A stretch of DNA of 64,000 nucleotides from Lama guanicoe (taxonomy: Eukaryota), in NCBI GenBank assembly GCA_013239625.1, contig MU055744.1, forward strand, positions 526,355-590,354. Direction: 5' to 3'. Positions 60,481 through 64,000 of this stretch are shown in pieces. Under the pieces are notes generated by a model. It was not told the DNA's origin, ran no database searches, and saw only the letters and a list, made by a program, of their open reading frames with translations. Each line of letters opens with the position of its first letter. Positions within the stretch are counted from its first letter, which is position 1. The position numbers and the translations under genes were made by a program.

Positions 60481-62710
60481 CAAGCAGTTCACCTGCAGAC
60501 TCAGGCAGAGAGAAGAGCGCTGGGTTCAAGCGGCCGCCGGATTCACCCGGTGGGAAGCGAGGAGCGGCCCGGCCAGAGGGCGGGGGCAGGGGAGGAGGTG
60601 GGGCACCAGGGCACCCCCACCCCACCAGCCCTGGTGCCCCGGGTGGGGAGGGGCTGCTCCCGCGGCCTGGACCTGCAGCCCCTTCGCTCCCACCGTCAAC
60701 AGTGGCAGAACTGACTCAGCTGGTGCGCGCCGCCGAGCCCCTGCCGGGGGCTCAGGCGTAAGAACAACGAGACGAGCGGAATCCTCCCGTGGGGGAGGGG
60801 AAGCACGCGCGTGAGAATCAGGGAGACACCAGGTGATGGGAGTCTGGGACGCGGTGGAGGGTGTGCTGGGCTCACACGCACGGTCGCATCATACTGCACA
60901 GCCGGTGGTGGTGGCGGCTATGGGGGGAGACGGACAGACGGCGGAGGGGGCGCTCCGGCCATGGGGGCAGGAAGGTGGGGGCAACGCGGGGGTTAGAGAG
61001 GGTAGCGCCTGACCGGGGAGGGGCTGAGAGCCGGGCTCGGGTTAGCCCGGGGCCCCCGAGCCTGCCTTCACGTGGCAACTCAAACAAATGCCCACCGAAG
61101 ACCCATGTGTGCGGGGAACCACGTGAGGGTCTCGGCTGAGTGGGACGCGGGCCTGGGGCACGGGGCTGGACAGATGAAGCTGGGGTTGGATGCGCGAAAC
61201 CCTCTCGCTTCTCCAGGTCATCTCTCAGACCTGGGGCGCAGCTGGAGAAGCCATTCAGCAGGCCACGTGGGTGCCCTCTGGCCAGGAGGGTCCTGCGAAG
61301 GGTCTGGTCCCCGAAGCGTTCACAGAGCCCTCCAGCCCTGGGCGTCACCCGCCCCAGCCCCGGAAGCTCACAGCCGGATGAGGAGGTCAGTGGGTGCGCC
61401 TCCTTACGTGCTGGGGGCTGATGCGTATAAGGAGCGCGGGGGCTGGGGTGGGAGGAGCCCCTCGGTGCCCCCACCGCACGGAGCAGGATGCAGGCGCGAG
61501 ACTGCCGCTCAGTGGAAAGTGATGCTGCGCCGCTGGCTGGACTTTGCACACCTGCTCCCCTTACGTCTCAGCAGGACGAACAGAGCAGAGAAGAAACCCT
61601 GAGATTTCAGGGACTCCAAGACAATCACAGCCATCGGGGTGCCTGTCCCCTGGCCATGCCCCTGAGTTGACCAAGATCAGGAAAGTGTCCCAGGACAGCC
61701 CTCCCTCCCAAGGAGCATAAAACGGGCCTCTGGACGCCCCCCAGGGCCCGCCAGGCCCACCCTTTGCTCTGGAGCTGAGCTTTATCCCCAGGGGGGCCCA
61801 GGACCTTTGCACGGGGAGGACTGACTCTGCCTGGGGCGGGGCTGCTGGTGTCCAGGGAGAATGCCGTCCTTTCCTCCCTCCTGCGGAGCCCAGGTGGGGG
61901 GCTCGGGCCGGGGGGGCTGCACGGGGAGGAAAGATGCAGCTGGAACCCGACACCCAAGCCCACCGATGTCCAGCCCCTGTGCCTCCCCGCCTCGCCCAGG
62001 TGGCCGCACGTTCCTGAGGCTGGACGTCTGTCTGGGGGGCGTTAGCCCCTTGCGACGACGCGGGGCTGGGCGGGCAGGCCCTGGCACGGCTCACGGGCCC
62101 CTCCTCCCCGGCCCGAGCTGTGCTGTTCCTGTCCCACCGACACGCGGCCCTGGGGGGACCACCGCCATGTATTACTCATACCAAGAAGGTTTTAGGAGAG
62201 CCTGGGCGCTCATCGACTGGGAAGCACAATTATGGTTTCATCAAAGATGGATTACACATGCGGCTGGTCATTTAAATAACGGCTCTGCTGACACTGTTAA
62301 TTGGGTGATAAATGGTCGCACCCCTGTGCCCGGGTCGGCATCAGAGCTGCTCGGAGAGTCGCGGCTGGCCCGTGTCCCCCCCGAAGATCCGGAGGGCGTC
62401 GGGGAAGGGCAGGCAGTGCTCAGGCTACAAACTGAGGGTCAAAGGCACCGGACTGGACCTCTCGGCCTAGCCCAGTGTCCACGGCCCTGCAGCTGCCAAG
62501 AACTCAGTCGACCTTAAACGTCTCCGTGAGCAACTTAATTTCAATTTAATGAGGCAGAGACTGGGTGTAGTTCAATGTCACTTTATCATTAAAAGCAGAT
62601 TGATGGAGGCTGAAGGTCTGAGACAGCCCTACCAGGTGCCTCGAGGTCTTCCTTCCAGAACCGAATGAGCGCTCCAGGCTGCGGGAGCCCAAGGCGGGCG
62701 GCCACGGAGG

Positions 62711-62745
62711 CGTCCGTCCGTCCGTCCGTCCGTCCGTTCATTCAC
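62711..62745. repeat. (CCGT)n microsatellite running into TTCATTCA
   Basis: CGTCCGTCCGTCCGTCCGTCCGTCCGTTCATTCAC. Confidence 0.9.
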
Positions 62746-64000
62746 ATGTGATCAGTGGATGAACATGGGAACGGATCAGACCCAGCCTGCACCCTCCCAG
62801 GCTCCCGGTCAAGTGGCTAAGGAGGACCAGGAATGGAGAGCAGGCGCGGGAGCCCCGGCTCCTGCAGGAGACGCCCAGGCGCCCTGAGCACAGGGAGGAC
62901 CAGGTCCTGCACGGGACACTGGTGGCAGCAGGAGAAGCAGGCACCACAGGAGGCAGGGCAGCCCCCGCCCTCCCCTCTCCACCCCCGCCTCCCTCCAGGG
63001 CCAGAGTCTCCGGGCAGCAGAGCCTAAGCAGGAAGCAGGCAGAGAGACAGTCCGAAGTCCTGGGGTTGCAACTCACAGGTGTGGGGAGGCCCCCAGGAGA
63101 GCGAAAGAAGGCTGGTGGGGAGGCCAGCACGCAGGGAGTCCGGGCAGGCTCCTGGGAGAAGGTGGCCTTTGGGCGGGCAAGCCAGGCGTCCAAACCCCCT
63201 GCCTGGCCCTCCCAGCCTCCCTGCCTGGCCCGGCTTTGCCTCAGGCCCGTCCCAGGCTGACACCCCGCCTGCACCCCTCTGTCCTTACCAGAGAGCAGAG
63301 CTGCGGGTGGCAGTGGCCACGCCTACACCCAGGAGAGCCGTGCTGGAGTTGGGCTACGCTCAGAATCAGGAGGATTTAGAATGTGTCAGCCGCACTGGCT
63401 CACCGAGCATCTCCACGTCCACATTTCACCCCGCGCTGGCAGCCACCAGCTCCCCTCTGACAGATGCAGAAACTCTGGGAGGCGACTGAAAGTCAGCCAT
63501 CAGCAGAGGCGCCGAGGCCTGACGTTTCACACGACGGAGCCCTCCGGGTCCTGCAGACGAGGCGGGAGTCAGAGGACTCTGTCCCGGGTCCCACGTGTGC
63601 CTTTAGTCTCTGCATCCGGACCCAGAGGGTCCTGAGATGTACTGGGAAGAGCGGGACGGGGGCCTGGCAGCGGGCCTCCCCTCAACTGCACAGCTGCTGT
63701 GTGACCTCTAGGAGATCGCCTTACCTCTCTGGGCCGCGCTGGGCAACGTCAGCGAGACACTGAGTCCCAGGGGCTCTGAGACGATCATTTCCCACTGCCT
63801 TCCCAGACTGGGTCCCAACTCACGTGCCCTCCTCATCAGACACGGTCCAGGCCCAGGAGGCCCCCAGAGGCCCGGAGTGCCCTCTGGCGTGGCTGGAGGC
63901 TTGGCTTCCCACAGCTCACCTCCACGTGGCCCTCATGTCCCTCTAGGACAGACGGCAAGCGTCTGATTTGGCACAATTATCAAGTGAAAGCCGGTGGGTG

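Noticed and set aside
14750-64000. Additional protein-coding, tRNA or rRNA genes upstream of OLFM1
   Set aside because: No recognisable protein similarity or exon chain in the ORF track and no structural RNA signature seen. Unannotated lncRNAs cannot be excluded from sequence alone.

Overview
Mammalian genomic DNA, GC-rich, with no prokaryotic features. The left 14.6 kb holds the 5' part of OLFM1 (olfactomedin-1/noelin/pancortin) on the minus strand: alternative first coding exon A (14068-14133, MQPARKLLSLLFLILMGTELTQ), alternative first coding exon B (2125-2274, [50 protein letters not shown]) and the first common M exon (10-159, [10 protein letters not shown]...CICTVV...RQLLEK). All splice sites are canonical and phase 0, and each first exon has its own CpG island. 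A 166-N assembly gap sits in the 5' UTR of exon B. The remaining ~49 kb is upstream gene desert with old repeats (L1M fragments, MaLR/MLT1 LTRs, MIR, L2, MER20, one ERV-type LTR), simple repeats and short AT-rich motif clusters. Young L1 3' ends of a type I associate with camelids, together with no visible Alu, B1, Bov-A, PRE-1 or Can-SINE, suggest a camel/alpaca genome (inference). Most notable: (i) a ~365-bp L1 derivative whose 5' promoter is joined directly to the 3' UTR at a probable splice junction; (ii) a candidate alternative terminal exon after exon A that is frameshifted relative to the human isoform yet open for 198 codons; (iii) strong local AT-to-GC rewriting of old repeats; (iv) an LTR with a 25-bp tandem CCAAT array; (v) a disabled upstream start ahead of exon A. 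Almost all ORFs in the supplied track are GC-content artefacts. Repeat family names and human comparisons come from recalled consensus sequences and repeat boundaries are approximate.
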